DNA from: Klebsormidium nitens | Lineage: Eukaryota > Plantae > Klebsormidiophyceae | NCBI GenBank assembly: GCA_000708835.1 | Contig: DF237575.1 | Location: 1 to 49,824, forward strand | Length of the DNA: 49,824 bases | Direction: 5' to 3' | In this document: piece by piece, positions 24,561 to 36,396 of the stretch | Numbering within the stretch: the stretch's first letter is position 1 | How the letters are laid out: each line of letters opens with the position of its first letter | Notes under the pieces: model-generated | What the model was told of the DNA's origin: nothing | Seen by the model: only the letters and a program-made list of their open reading frames with translations | Databases searched by the model: none | Made by a program: the position numbers and the translations under genes

Positions 24561-25418
24561 TAGGTATGGCTTCCGACCAGGAGCAAGGTCTAGACGGATA
24601 TCAGTCAGCTTTTAGGGATGGTGAGGACGCGAAAGCTTCCTTGCTGATGGGGCCCCTGCTTTTCTGAAAGGCTGCACCCGCTATTGATAGAGAAAGGCAC
24701 GCCGCTGTTGGAAGCCAGCTAGAGGGTTTTTACGCACGCTTTGGCGGGAGGTCTGGTGCACGCTTGTGGAGCTCCTTCCAAAGAATGTTCAGAGCTAGAT
24801 GTTGTGCCAGATTATATCGTTCAATAATATCGCAATGTGAGCGAGAAGTGCCTGCTTAACCTTGAACCTAGAGTGCACATTGTTCTTGAGCCACTGCATT
24901 TCTTTGCCGGGAGGAATACATTTGAAGGCAAAGGCATAGAGCGAGGCAATTGAGCAGTTTGTTACAGCTGCATTGGAGAGTTTCAAATTGTAGCAGTCTT
25001 GTTAGCATGCTACTTCTGCATATTGGTTTCAAAGAAGGTGAGTCCTCTCTCTGGCAAAAGTTTGAACCCATGTTGTATGCGTATCCTTGAAAGCCCTGGC
25101 TCGACAGAAGCTTCTTTTGCATCAACAAGTTTTTCCACCTTGCAGGTTTATGGCAGCTCGTCATATCCCTTGCAGTCAGCGAAGGATTTGTATATTTGTG
25201 CATCAGACTGTCTTCACTGCAAATTGCTAATACATGCAAGAACTCCTTTCCTCCTCAACTCCCCAAGGCTGGCATGGTTTACACTAGAGAAGGCCGTCCA
25301 GCGGAAACATCCAAATGCTGCCGAGAACAGTGTTATTAGGATATGAACAGAGCCAACTGGACCTATTCGGTGCAGGCTGGACGATGTCAAGAAGCGTGAA
25401 GTTCAAGTGAGGTTTGGG

Positions 25419-28400
25419 ATGCAGAGGTGCTTCAGTGGATCTTCAGCAAGGCCTCTCAGAGCAAGTACAGGTGGTATGCAGCAGGCTCAGCTTGTGCAGG
25501 CCAGCAACCTTGAGCTGGACAGGAAGTTCTTCTCATGGCCTAGCATGCATAGAACGAGGGGTCCGGCAGAAGAGTGTGCAGTTGGCAGCTCGATCCTTGG
25601 AATTGAAACAACAACCCCATTGACCAACCCCACGAAGAAACAGCGGGTCAATCAAGAGATTGCCAAGCAAGACGGGCGGCATGCAAGCAGCTCTGCGGCG
25701 AGGTTTCATAGTCCAGACTGTCTCTTTTACATGAAACGCGAGCAGGCTCGTCTGGCGAGACAAGCTGCAACCGATGCACAAAAGCCTCTACCAAATGATC
25801 ATCCGGGAAGGCAAGCCGCTTCAGGATCAGAGCAAGAAGATTTCTACTATAGAGAGCTTGAGGAGGAAAGCAATGATGTCTGCGGCTGCAATGAGCCTGA
25901 GCCTGCAAAGTCATTCTGGGCAAAAGGATGGCATCCCCGTGTGGATAATTCGGCGCTTGGCTTTGAAGAGAACAGCAAAGAGGGCTTGAATGGCCTGCAA
26001 GATGTGGTGAGGCGAGATACCACCTAGCTTTTAAATCAAGCTGCAGAGTGGCATTCAGATGCGAGCTCCTGTCTTGTCTTGCCTGTCACATCTTGCTGCT
26101 CAATGCACCTTGCAGATGCCAGAGGTCTGGATGCGACTTGTCCTTTCCCCCAGGCCCTCTCTAGATTCCATCTTGCAAAATACAACTTTGTCTCTATTTC
26201 TTTCGCCCTAACTAAAGTGGCACCTTTACTTCGCATCCTAATCTCCAGGTTTGCAATTAGTACTGCGTGCTATGCCTTGATTCGAAAAAAGGCCGCACGT
26301 TCTTGGGGAAGAAGCAAATCAAGAATTTCACCAAAGCTGGTGGAGGAAGAAAGCCTGCATCATGGGAGGTTTCGAAGCTCTTCAGGTTGCCAGACATGCG
26401 TCAACCTCGACCGGGAAATGCCAATGCTTCTTCTGTTTCGCCTGTGCAACTTCTTGACAGCCTCTGACTCTCGCAGGTGTCCTACACGGCTGTAAGCTTC
26501 GCAGCGTACCGGGCCATTGAGAGCGAGCGCCCCGATGCGCTGTTTCAGGATCCGCTCGCGGCATACCTGGCAGGCGATCGTGTCGTCAGCAGGCAGAAGG
26601 CGGAGGTGGCTAACAAGGACTACCCCGGGGCGCGGTTCGCTGTCAGGACAAAGTACTTTGACCTTGCCATGATGTCTGCGATCGAGGAGATGAAGGCGCA
26701 GAATTCGCAAGCCAAAGTACAAGTAAGGCGGCTTGGCATGATGGTTGTGCTTGTGTGATCGCGTGTTTCTGTGAACTTCTTATGCAGGCAGAATCACGAT
26801 CCCCGTTTCTAAAGCACATTTAGATTAGCCTTGCTTTGTGTGGTTCCTTAATAACAGGATAAGGACATGTAAGGGATCAAGAAAGCAGTTAATCGAATCA
26901 TGAGCTATGGAGCAGCTTTAGGTGAGCTTCCAATGATCCTAGTCCATGTGAACTCTTGCACTTATCCATCAAATCTCTGACGCTGTTTTGGGTGCCTGCA
27001 GGTTGTGCTGTTTGGGTGCGGAATGGACGCGCGGAGCTGGCGTCTTCCAGCAACATTGGAAACAGTGCCTCCAGCGGATAAAGTTTTTGAGGTCAGCCCA
27101 CTTGAAATTGTGAACAAACCCACTGGAGCTTTACATGCACTGCAGCACTTCTTACCCTTGATCATTCTTTGAGCAACATGGCTTTGTTCAAAAGCTCAGC
27201 AGAAGCAAATACTTCATTGGCTCGATCCTGTGTCCTCCCAAACTTCTGTCTTCCCCATTGTGATCTCAATGTCAGCCAACCTTCTTGGCAACTGTTTCCG
27301 CATGATAAATGTAAACTTTCTGAACACATTTACTTTCGTCACTCTCTAGTCGTGCATCATTCCTGATATTAGCTGCTGCGTTTTTTACACGTCCTGATGC
27401 TATTTTGAACTTTTTAGGGCGATCGACCGGACGTCATGGGCCTGAAGGAGCAGCTCTTAAGTATCCGTGAGGAGGCGGGGGGGCTACCGCCTCTTACGCT
27501 AGCAAAGCAGAGGGTTGTTCTGGCGGTAAGCAACGCTCCAAACAGACAGGGTTTGTGTGAGGAACTGCTCTATCTACTCACGGTCAGGGGAGGGAGGCCG
27601 CACTTCAAATATGTGCACCTCCTTTGGTCTCACTTTTGATGACCTTGTGTGTTCGGTTGTGATGTTCGTTCTTCCCGATGCCTCTCTTTAGTACTTTGAC
27701 AGATGAGAAAGGGTTTGTGCAAAGAGACTGATAGGTCACAAGCAACATTGCTGTTTCTACCAAGATACAACCCATCTAGTTCCACACTTGTTTAACACTT
27801 TCTAAGCTGAGGCGGGGAACAAAAAAGCTTGCGCATCACAAGAAGGGTCAAGCTCGTTAGGAAATCCTCTCAGCAGTTTTCGCAGGCAAATGGCGTTCCT
27901 GATGGTGCCGCTTGTGCTACATTCAGTCGGACAATTCATGAGTCGTTCAATGTCTACCACAGCTGTTTCTCCCTCAGCGTTTCAAAGATGGAACTGTGTT
28001 GCGGGCAGGTTGACTTCAATACGGACACGTGGAAGGAGCTGATCCTCCAGAAGGGGTTTCGGAAGTCCGAGCCAACCGTGTGGCTCTTCGAGGGGCTCAT
28101 CATGTACCTCACGCCGGCAGGGGTCACTTCCCTCGTGGAAACAGTGGCGGAGGTACGTCCATTTTCCTGTTGAATGTTCCAATGTGCCAGTGGACACTCG
28201 ATTAATGTAGGCGTTTTGGATGTAGAAGTGTCCCTATCGGCAGTGAACACTCCAGTTATTGCAGTCAACGTTGCTCATGGCTCTGTGAAACGTGTCCCAA
28301 GTGAAAGTGGACTACAATTATCGAGGTGGAAGTGGCTCGTTGCAATCTGAGGATGTGCGGTTCGGCGACGCTGACTTCCATCGCTCACAATGGACACTCT

Positions 28401-29083
28401 ACTTGTTGCAGTCGACGTTGTAAATTACCTCAACTTCCAGCAGAACTTTCCACATTGGGATATTCAGAGCAGGATTGCAGCGGATGGCTAAGCACTGGCT
28501 CAAGAATAGCTGCAAGTTGCCTACTTCAAGGGTCCTTCGCACAAGTCACTCTATTAGGAAGCTCGAAGCCAGACACCGCAGCGTCTTTTTTACTTTTCTT
28601 CAACCATATCCCTTCTGCTAAGGGTGTGTTCTCTCCTACATCTGTCCAAACCCGTTTGCTCTTGTTACTCGCTTGGTTAATGGAAGCCGTCCATCGCAAA
28701 GAGCTTGATTGATATGCATTTCTGATGGAAAAGGTTCCTCCAACCAGACCCCTAGAACTCAGGCAAGATGTTGCTACCCCCGAATTGTTGACGAGTTTGA
28801 AATCATCTCATGTCAACGACCCGCGCAGTTTTCTGCCCCTGGTAGCGTCCTCCTAATCGACGGGATCAGCGCGTCGGCAGTCGACCGCGCCAAGTCGTCC
28901 CCTTCCCCCGTGCTCCGCTCTTGGACTTGGGGTTCCAACGACCCGGAGACCTTCTTCAACGCTCACGGATGGCGGGTGACGACCGTGGATGATGTCACCG
29001 GTGGCATGTTCGGGCGCGTGCTGCCCAGCTGGCCTGGGCGGGAGCGCAACCTGACGTGGTACATGACTGCAAAGCGGGAGTAG
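25419..29083 (+). CDS. SAM-dependent methyltransferase, TIGR00027/LCM (ML2640/YktD-like) family, with a ~196-aa N-terminal extension; ~476 aa
   Basis: Exons 25419-26006, 26477-26722, 27002-27091, 27418-27525, 28009-28152, 28829-29083, all phase 0 with GT-AG. Motifs VSYTAVSFAAYRAIESERPDALFQDPLAAYLAG, RFAVRTKYFD, QVVLFGCGMDARSWRLP, FEGDRPDV and PTVWLFEGLIMYL are typical of this family. The first exon and start codon are less certain. Confidence 0.85.
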
Positions 29084-30675
29084 GGGGTGGGGGTGCAAAC
29101 TTGCGCCCAGGTTGTTAATGTTTCGCACATGTCAAAGACGATAAGCCCTGCCCTGCGCTCTTTGGGCACACGGGCCTGAATCGGTATTTATTGGTCAAGA
29201 TCAAGAGTAGAGGGTGTAGGGATGCGCTGCGGCAAGGGAACGGCACATGTCGTTGTGGCTCGATAGGGTAGTGTATTCTGACTGCTGCTGCCCGGCAAGC
29301 TAGCAAAAGTAATATAAGCATGGTGACGAACATTGAGAAGTAAGTATTGGCGAGGGGACTGTCGCAGGGCCAGAACGTCTTCTTTTGCAAAACAAGGTTT
29401 CTGTAGGCATATGGGGTGTCCGAGGTCAGACATCACAGTCGGGTTCAGTAGATCCTGAAGGCCGGAAGAGTCGTGAGTCTAAGATCCTCTATTTCGACTC
29501 AAGGTAATGGTGGTATGGTGTAGCTGAGGCCAGCATAGCATTTTGATCAGCGATAGGCAGGGCTGCTTTTGTTTAATCTTCTCACTTGACTCTAATCTGC
29601 ACCAGTTGCGACCGAACTCGATTTTCGTAGCTCGGGTTAAACACTTCTCCAAAATGAGACCTTCCGCTTTGTCGAGGGCCTTGCATGGCTCGCATGTGCT
29701 ACTCATGCAGATCTAGACTGCACCACGAAAATGTGCAAGCTGCCTATCATATGCAATTTTGAACTAAACGTTCAAAGAAACGGCGGAGCTAGACGACGGA
29801 AACATACAGCGGCAGCCCCCAAATGGCTCCGAGACTCTTGAGTTCCAAACTGCACCGTCGTACGCGGCGTGCTCATGGGAAGTTTGTGGCCACTAATTTC
29901 GTGATAAATGTTTCGCACACGGGCTTAACAAAAACGCTTGCAACATTCGACAGCTCACCTATAGCTATGGTCGGGCCGCTGCCGTGCCGGCCTTGAACTT
30001 AAACTAACAATATATACTATGGTAACTACGGCCCTATGGAACAGCTCGGCCGCCTGGATGTGTTTGCGTTGTTGATTCAGGTAACGTTATACTTACTATG
30101 TAGCTCAAGATCGTGCGCGCCGCAGCTATAGTAGTGGGCCACAGCCCATATATGTGGGGCCCGCGCGCCAGGCCCTTTGTCCTAGTTATTAGCTAGTACA
30201 AACCTAGTTGGTTTGCTGGCAAATAATGTCCAAATAATGTCCATTGGTTGGAACGCGAGGACGGTACGAGTCAATGGCAGCTATCACTTTCTGTGGCACC
30301 ATTATGATATTCCTCTCATGCATGATGCACGAATATCAAGAAACGAATAATGCAATGATGTATGCATTGCTTGGTTCCAACTGTGAATCGTGAGTGAAGT
30401 TCCTCTTTGAATCGACCTCCACAGAAGAGCAGTGTTCTTTGGAACTTGCTATTGTTCACGAGTTGACTGTAAGGTCGACCCACATGTTCCACAACCTGGC
30501 GAATGTTTTCCACAACGTGGCTATGGGCAAAGATCTGGTGCGCTGCTTTTCACCGATCGGATCCCTGCCCATTGGATCATCTGTAAATTAATCGCAGCAA
30601 AGCAAACATCAGTGGCTGGCACATTACTGGTCTCACAACATCAGCAGCTTCAAAGAAGGAGGGATGGCCAGCGGA

Positions 30676-33600
30676 TCACAACCTGCTCACAATGTTGACG
30701 AAAAAGGACAATCTTCGCACCATAGTTGACGGGTCTCTCGCCGAGCGTTCTGTCAGTTAGTGCCAATACTGAATCAATTTGAGTTCAACGGACACATTGC
30801 TGACGCTGTTAAGAACATGATAAAGTCCCAAAAAACCATGCGGTCCTCTTCCGACGAAAATCCAGTTTGGTACATCCACACAACGGTGGATGTCCCAATG
30901 TCATATATGGTTCCTCCCGGGCCTTGCAATAATGTGCTCGGACGCCTTTCACTCAACCAACCCTTGGACGTCCGAAACCCTTCATGTACGGAACTGAACG
31001 GTGAGTTGTTGCAAGGCAATCCAGGATGTTGAGATGCGTAATGCTTGGCGGGCTCACCAGGGGCGGCGTTACCGGCGGGCTTCCCGGCTTCCCTCTGGAG
31101 CAGCGTATTGAACAGGCTGCTGAAAATCATGGCGATCACGGTTGACGTCAGCGTGACGACATTGTACGGCATACTGAAGTCGGGAGTCGCGAGCGGGATG
31201 AGCAGGCCGCTCGTGTACACGCGAACAGGGAGGTCCGCCTGCGCACAAAGGAAATGGAAACGGAATGAGCGTGTGGGGCGGACCGTGAGCGGGGAGCTCC
31301 ACGTACGGGCCATAGTAAACGGTAGCACACAAGCTCGTTTGGCAAGCCGCCCAGGCATGGGGAGGTCCGCCGGTACAATCGAACGGAATCCGCCCGGCGG
31401 ACAATCGGACGGAAAGGGAATGAACTTCCGAAACCATACGGGAGGTTCCGCATCCGGTGGAAATCCAAAATTGGAGCGGAAAAGAGTCCACGAATGGGAT
31501 TCGCACGGCCCCCACGCGCCGGAAGCGAAATTCCAAAACGGAATGGACGGAAGGAAAAGCGGAGCAGCTTTTCGGCCTGGAGCACAAATTGGGCAGCATA
31601 GGGGATCACTCGCCTGCATTCTGGCTAGCAGCGGCCGGCCCTCCAGCCCCCGAGAATCCCCACCGGTCGAATCGCCGTCAGACATCCGATAGGCCACCCC
31701 CCCAGAAACGGACGGAAACGTGACAATGGCGGACGGGAGGTCAAATCCCCGGTCGCCATCTGGGGGATGCTCCTCGATCCGCAGGTAGCCCTGCATCCAG
31801 AGAATTTCAGAGTTTGGGCCTTACCGGTTAAGTTACTGGGTTTATTGGGTTTGTTGGGTTGGCACCTCCAACCAGAAGCTCTGTGGTAAACTCCTGAAAG
31901 CACACCGTCTTCTTTCGCATTCTACCCCGAATCTGAAAACGGAGCGATGAATGACTGGCCCAGCGAGTTATCCTAAATGTTTGAGGACTGCACCATAAGA
32001 TCTAACCATGTCGCCGAGAGATTTCGAACCTGGTCGATCCAGAATCCCGTCATGAGCAGTTCTTGGAAACGGGAAAGGACCCAGCGCCACGAATGTAAAG
32101 GGAGAGCCCCAGCACAGCCTGTTTAGAAGCAGGCAATAGCTTTTGAGGCTAACCTGAGCAAAATGTCAGCAAACAATCAGAAAGGCAGTAATGCTGAGTC
32201 CGCTTCAACAGTTCAGCGACGATCCGATCGCCATCATCTTACTTACGATTGCCATCATCTTACTTTCGAAACGCAACCAGAAAATAAAAAGCATGAAGTG
32301 CATCTCCTTAAGATGAGACATGTCTTTCGTGCAAAACCGACTGTTATACCTGCAGACAACTCGACTAGAAAACGAAACGCAGAAGCTTTGACCACTTGAC
32401 TTTGAACTACAGAGAAAACGGACCGGGATCCGAACACGTGGACGAGCTGGGTAAAGTGAAGATGATAAGGCATCTCACCTTGTCGAACTCCATCGACAGC
32501 ACCACCCGTTTCACGTCAGCAGGTATTCGCAGCTCCAGTTCCATCACTGCCTGCCGCTCCCGATCCTTTGCCGGCACCAGGCTCGCCCTCTCCGTCCAAT
32601 CAGAGAGCGCCACGTGGCGTCCATCCATCTCCAGCCTTAGCGTATGGAAGTAAACCCGGATGAACCACGGTAAAAGCTGGAAATAACGGACCACCGTTTT
32701 TCCCTCCCCCCCCGCAAGCCTGGTCAACTCTAAGCGAATGCCCCCCCGTTCCAGTCCGTGCCCCGTCACAAACCGTGATACCTCGAACGGCGCTCGTTCG
32801 GCCGCTGGTTGATTTGCCCCGTCGTAGGGAAGCGAAACGTTCAAGGGCTGCCCCAGAGTGGCCCGTTTCAAGTCGTATTCAAGCAGGGTTTTCGACCTGC
32901 CCTCCGCCGACCAAACCCACTTTGGCTGCGGGTTCACCGACGCTCCGCTAAACCCCTCTCCAAAGTAGTCGACTCGCCGGCCTTCTGTGTAGATCCGGCT
33001 GACGTCAGCCAAGGGACAGCTCCCAGTCAACTCCCTCCCAAACACGTCAGCCAGAGAAACCGCCTGCTTGCTCGCCATATGCCCCACACCCCCAGCAGGG
33101 TTCTCGTTTGGGATGCCCACCCCCTCTCCAACGTCCAGCACGAGCGTCAGCGTCTGCTCCAGCACAATTCCTCCGCGAGCTCTGGCGCTGACATCATCCC
33201 CCCTTCCGCCGACGTCACCCGACGAAGCTCCTTCACATCCTCTGTCGCCGCTCCACTCTCGGCCCGCTCCGGTCGCGGGTTCCAGACAGCTTCCGGACGC
33301 TGACGCCGTCCTGACGTCAGCAGCCGGTGCGCCCCCCGCCCATATGTGCACTTGGAGCGCGTGGTAGCTGCCCCCGTACACTCTGCGGCGCTCCAGAAGC
33401 GTCGCCAGCCCCGCTTTATCTCGGCACGGCAGAAGCTTCAGCCAGGGCGTCAAATTCTCGGTGCAGACTGCCTCGCGAGGAAGCGCTCCGTATCTCGTGT
33501 GCCCCAACCGGATGCCCTCTTTGTTCCCCGCCCCAAGCGAACAGGTTTCCAAGGTTCTTCCAGCAGCCGTCCCCCCACACTCGTTCTCAGCATCGCCTTT

Positions 33601-35057
33601 CTCTCCTTCAGAGGGAGCTCTCGTTGCTGCGGCGAGCAAATGGGTTCGCCAGTCTGCGCCTTTTTTTTGGAAGGATAAAATGGGAACAACTTTTGTGGCG
33701 GGGTCGGCGAGCGCCTTGACAGACGCGCAGAAAATGCCGGACAGGGCGTGCGTCAGATTCCGCCAGGTGGCATCGGCCTAAGGAAGGATGTGGAAACGGG
33801 TTAGACTGCCTGCCAAAGATGGAAAAGTATGCTTTGACAGAGATGGTAGCAAGTGCTTACGTTGGAGATAAAAGCTGCGTTTTGAACAAACTCAGAATAA
33901 AGACAGTCTTTATTTACTTGGCTGATCGCTGCCAAGTGCCGTCTGTTTGCTGACTGCTCAATTCTTTGACCATTTATTCGACTTCACTTATCAATGAGTT
34001 GCGTTGAATGCATGTAGACGATCACAGTACACCGTCCTGATTCATTCCAAGCAACTGAAAAAAACGACCTTCTATGAAACTAGTCAGCTTCTCTCAGCAG
34101 AATACACACCTCCGCTTCAGACTCAGCGCTCAACCGCGACCACAGCTCTACTCCAGGGGGTTTGGCAGCGAGGGGGGCAATCCCCTCTGCAGCCCCCCAT
34201 CTTGTATAGTCCCACCGACCCTGGGTGAAGCTAAGCTCTAGCTCCTGAAGGGAGAACTTTCGAACCTGCAATGGGAATCAGGCGACTATCACTAAGCTGG
34301 TCAAAGCGGGAAAGCAAATTCAAACTTTTGTGCGCAAGATCAAGGACCTACATGCACCGTATACTGATTTCTTGACGCAGCTCATGCGATAGATAGTAAA
34401 ATGCAGAGTGTGTCACCAATGCAAAGATATAGACAGACACGCAGTGCTTGTCAATGTCTGTTACGGGGCGCACAGAAAAGATTACTTTCGTCTTCTCTGA
34501 GGAGAGAAGGCACTTAGTGTCTGCGACAATTTGGGATGTGCAGACAACCTCTTATAAATGTGCAGGTTGATCATTCCTGACAAGCATAGACAGACTTGGA
34601 TTCAGCGAGTCGTCTTATCTGTTTGAAGTTGCCCTACCGCTCCTTGCATTGTGCAACATTGGGGGAAGGCCAGACTGAAAGTACTAATGTCTCAAGATCT
34701 TCTCTGCTGCGGTTGGTCAATGACATCCCTGCTGATTCGATACTGAGCAAGCATCCTTAGCTGTATAGAAGACAAATTGCTCTATATGAAGATAAGCAAC
34801 GACAACTGCAGCTTCTTCAATTTCATTCTCCACCTCACCAATTGATCCACCGCCTTTGAGAAGAGCTTGTGGTGGCGATTTGCACCACTTCCCAGCTGAC
34901 TCACAAAGTGGAAGTGAATAAGCACCTTTCCGCCTGGCAGGGGCCGCACCAGAAGCTCCTCTGAGAAGCACTCATGAGCTGTGCTTGCGCATATGACGAA
35001 TGCACTGAGGACGACGTAGACGAGGCGCCAGTGAAAGTGAAATGGAGGAGCAAACAT
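30676..35057 (-). CDS. PIGT: GPI transamidase subunit PIG-T / Gpi16, ~700 aa
   Basis: Exons 34839-35057 (signal peptide, EELLVRPLP), 34110-34265 (LSFTQGRW), 32479-33777 (WRNLTHALSGIFCAS; LPREAVCTENLTPWLKLLPC; RYFQLLPWFIRVYFHTL), 31614-31790, 31058-31238 (VRVYT..LATPDFSMPYNVVTLT followed by a TM helix) and a probable last exon 30676-30749. The Cys of the CTENLTPW motif, known to disulfide-link PIG-K, is intact. Confidence 0.93.
31239..31613 (-). other. 375-nt GC-AG intron in PIG-T, in frame and free of stop codons
   Basis: Donor ATGCAG|GCGAGT and acceptor TTTCCATTTCCTTTGTGCGCAG|GCG. The length is 125 codons and the ORF track reads through it (30774..31796). Removing it gives RPLLARMQ-ADLPVRVYT, the normal PIG-T spacing before the VRxYT motif. 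Confidence 0.75.
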
Positions 35058-35724
35058 GACCAGAATGAAGAGTTGCAATATTGAAGAGGAGCTGGGACGC
35101 AAGTGACTATGCAACTACAATGTTGTGTCATGAGAATAGATCATCATCACAGATGATCTTCGTTCTCTGCTCACGATCGCTTCCGACTAGTGTAGGCGAA
35201 AACGCTTGCACAGATCCTGGTGAAGATACAGCTTTGTGCAGGACGGAGCCAGAGTGAGCAGCACAGAGTCTTCCAAGTTCCAATGGCTATGCCTAATGCG
35301 CTCACAGGAGGTGGAACTCAATTCACGCAGCCGCCACTGATTCTGGGCTTGAAGTTCCACCTTCCTGGCTTCCACTGCCTTCCACATGACAGTGGAAGTT
35401 TCAATGTCCCAACTTTTCGAAGCAAGTGCTACAAAAGCGACGCGGTTACGGATAGAGTTTGTTTGACCAGGATTCTTCAAAAGAACGTTCATGACAACCG
35501 GCAGCAAACGCGTGACTCCGTGAGCCTCTTGACGCGAAGAGACGATAGAGGGCTGCCGTGGCGGTCAGGGGTTTCGATCCTAACCCAATCGATCTAGAAC
35601 CATTTATTTTCGCATGAGTGCGCGTAGTTCGAACGGGCGGCCGCGCTAAACCCTGGAAAACCTTGCATTGAAAGCACGCGGCCGCGGCGAGCCGCCTGTA
35701 CGAGAGGCTCTGGCAATATGTCAT

Positions 35725-35912
35725 ATGAAACTCAAGAAAAATAATAGTAAGCCCAGATAATAGTAAGGTAACCGCACTGTGACGGGTAGGGTTAGTATGG
35801 TGGTTAGGGTGGGTACGGGTGCGGAGCGGGTGTTTCATATAAGGTTAGGGTTTTTAGTGTTAGTCGGAGCTTACTATTATCTTGCCTTACTATTATCTTT
35901 CTTGAGAATTAT
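35725..35912. mobile_element. Probable Mutator-like MITE, 188 bp, upstream of PIG-T
   Basis: 37-bp inverted arms at 35731-35767 and 35870-35906 (34/37 identical), each containing two ATAATAGTAAG units. Flanked by an exact 9-bp direct repeat ATATGTCAT (35716-35724, 35913-35921). The outermost 6 bp match only 3/6. The interior carries GGTTAGGG motifs. Confidence 0.65.
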
Positions 35913-36046
35913 ATATGTCATGCCTCAGCCTATGCTTGAATATGTAATAACACAGAACAGAGAATGAAAGAATAAAAGCGTTTTTTCCGCCCCATCTCAT
36001 CCGCCTGCCAGCTTATTCGCAGAGGGTGGAGCCTAAGAGTGCAGCC

Positions 36047-36396
36047 ATGTTTTCAGGGACTGCAGGAAGCCTGACCGCTAAGAACGTCCTGGAAGCGGCT
36101 GGAGCACTCGCAACCGTCTTTGTGTCACTTTCATATTCCGCGCTGACAATTCAGAAAGGAGTCCAGAAAGGATTTGATGAGCACTCGACGCAGGATTCGA
36201 AAAGCAGCGGACACATATGGATGATCAGTTTGACCGGATTCACCAAGACTTGGACGAAGTGACCGAAATGGTGAAGGAGATCAATGCGAAGATTGAAGAG
36301 ACGGGAGTGAGATTCGATGAGGGCATCGAACGGTTAAGGGAGGTCATAGACAAGGGGCTCAAAGCAATCCCGGAGAAGCTCAACAAGGATGAGTAA
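36047..36396 (+). pseudogene. Small intronless ORF with an N-terminal hydrophobic helix and a coiled coil (~116 aa), broken by a single -1 frameshift near 36180
   Basis: Frame A gives MFSGTAGSLTAKNVLEAAGALATVFVSLSYSALTIQKGVQKGFDE. Frame B continues ALDAGFEKQRTHMDDQFDRIHQDLDEVTEMVKEINAKIEETGVRFDEGIERLREVIDKGLKAIPEKLNKDE* (TAA 36394-36396). The span is 350 nt, one base short of an intact ORF, and no plausible intron is present. Confidence 0.55.

Noticed and set aside
30774-31057. Extended PIG-T C-terminus suggested by the ORF track (30774..31796)
   Set aside because: A strong donor CCTG|GTGAGC at 31057 and a branch point plus acceptor (CTAACTGACAG) at ~30750 make this stretch an intron. The read-through peptide is not PIG-T-like.
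31045-33719. Long plus-strand ORFs antisense to PIG-T, and similar shadow ORFs opposite or out of frame with MSH2 and the membrane gene
   Set aside because: These are expected by-products of GC3-rich coding sequence, which has few off-frame stops. They have no independent motifs.
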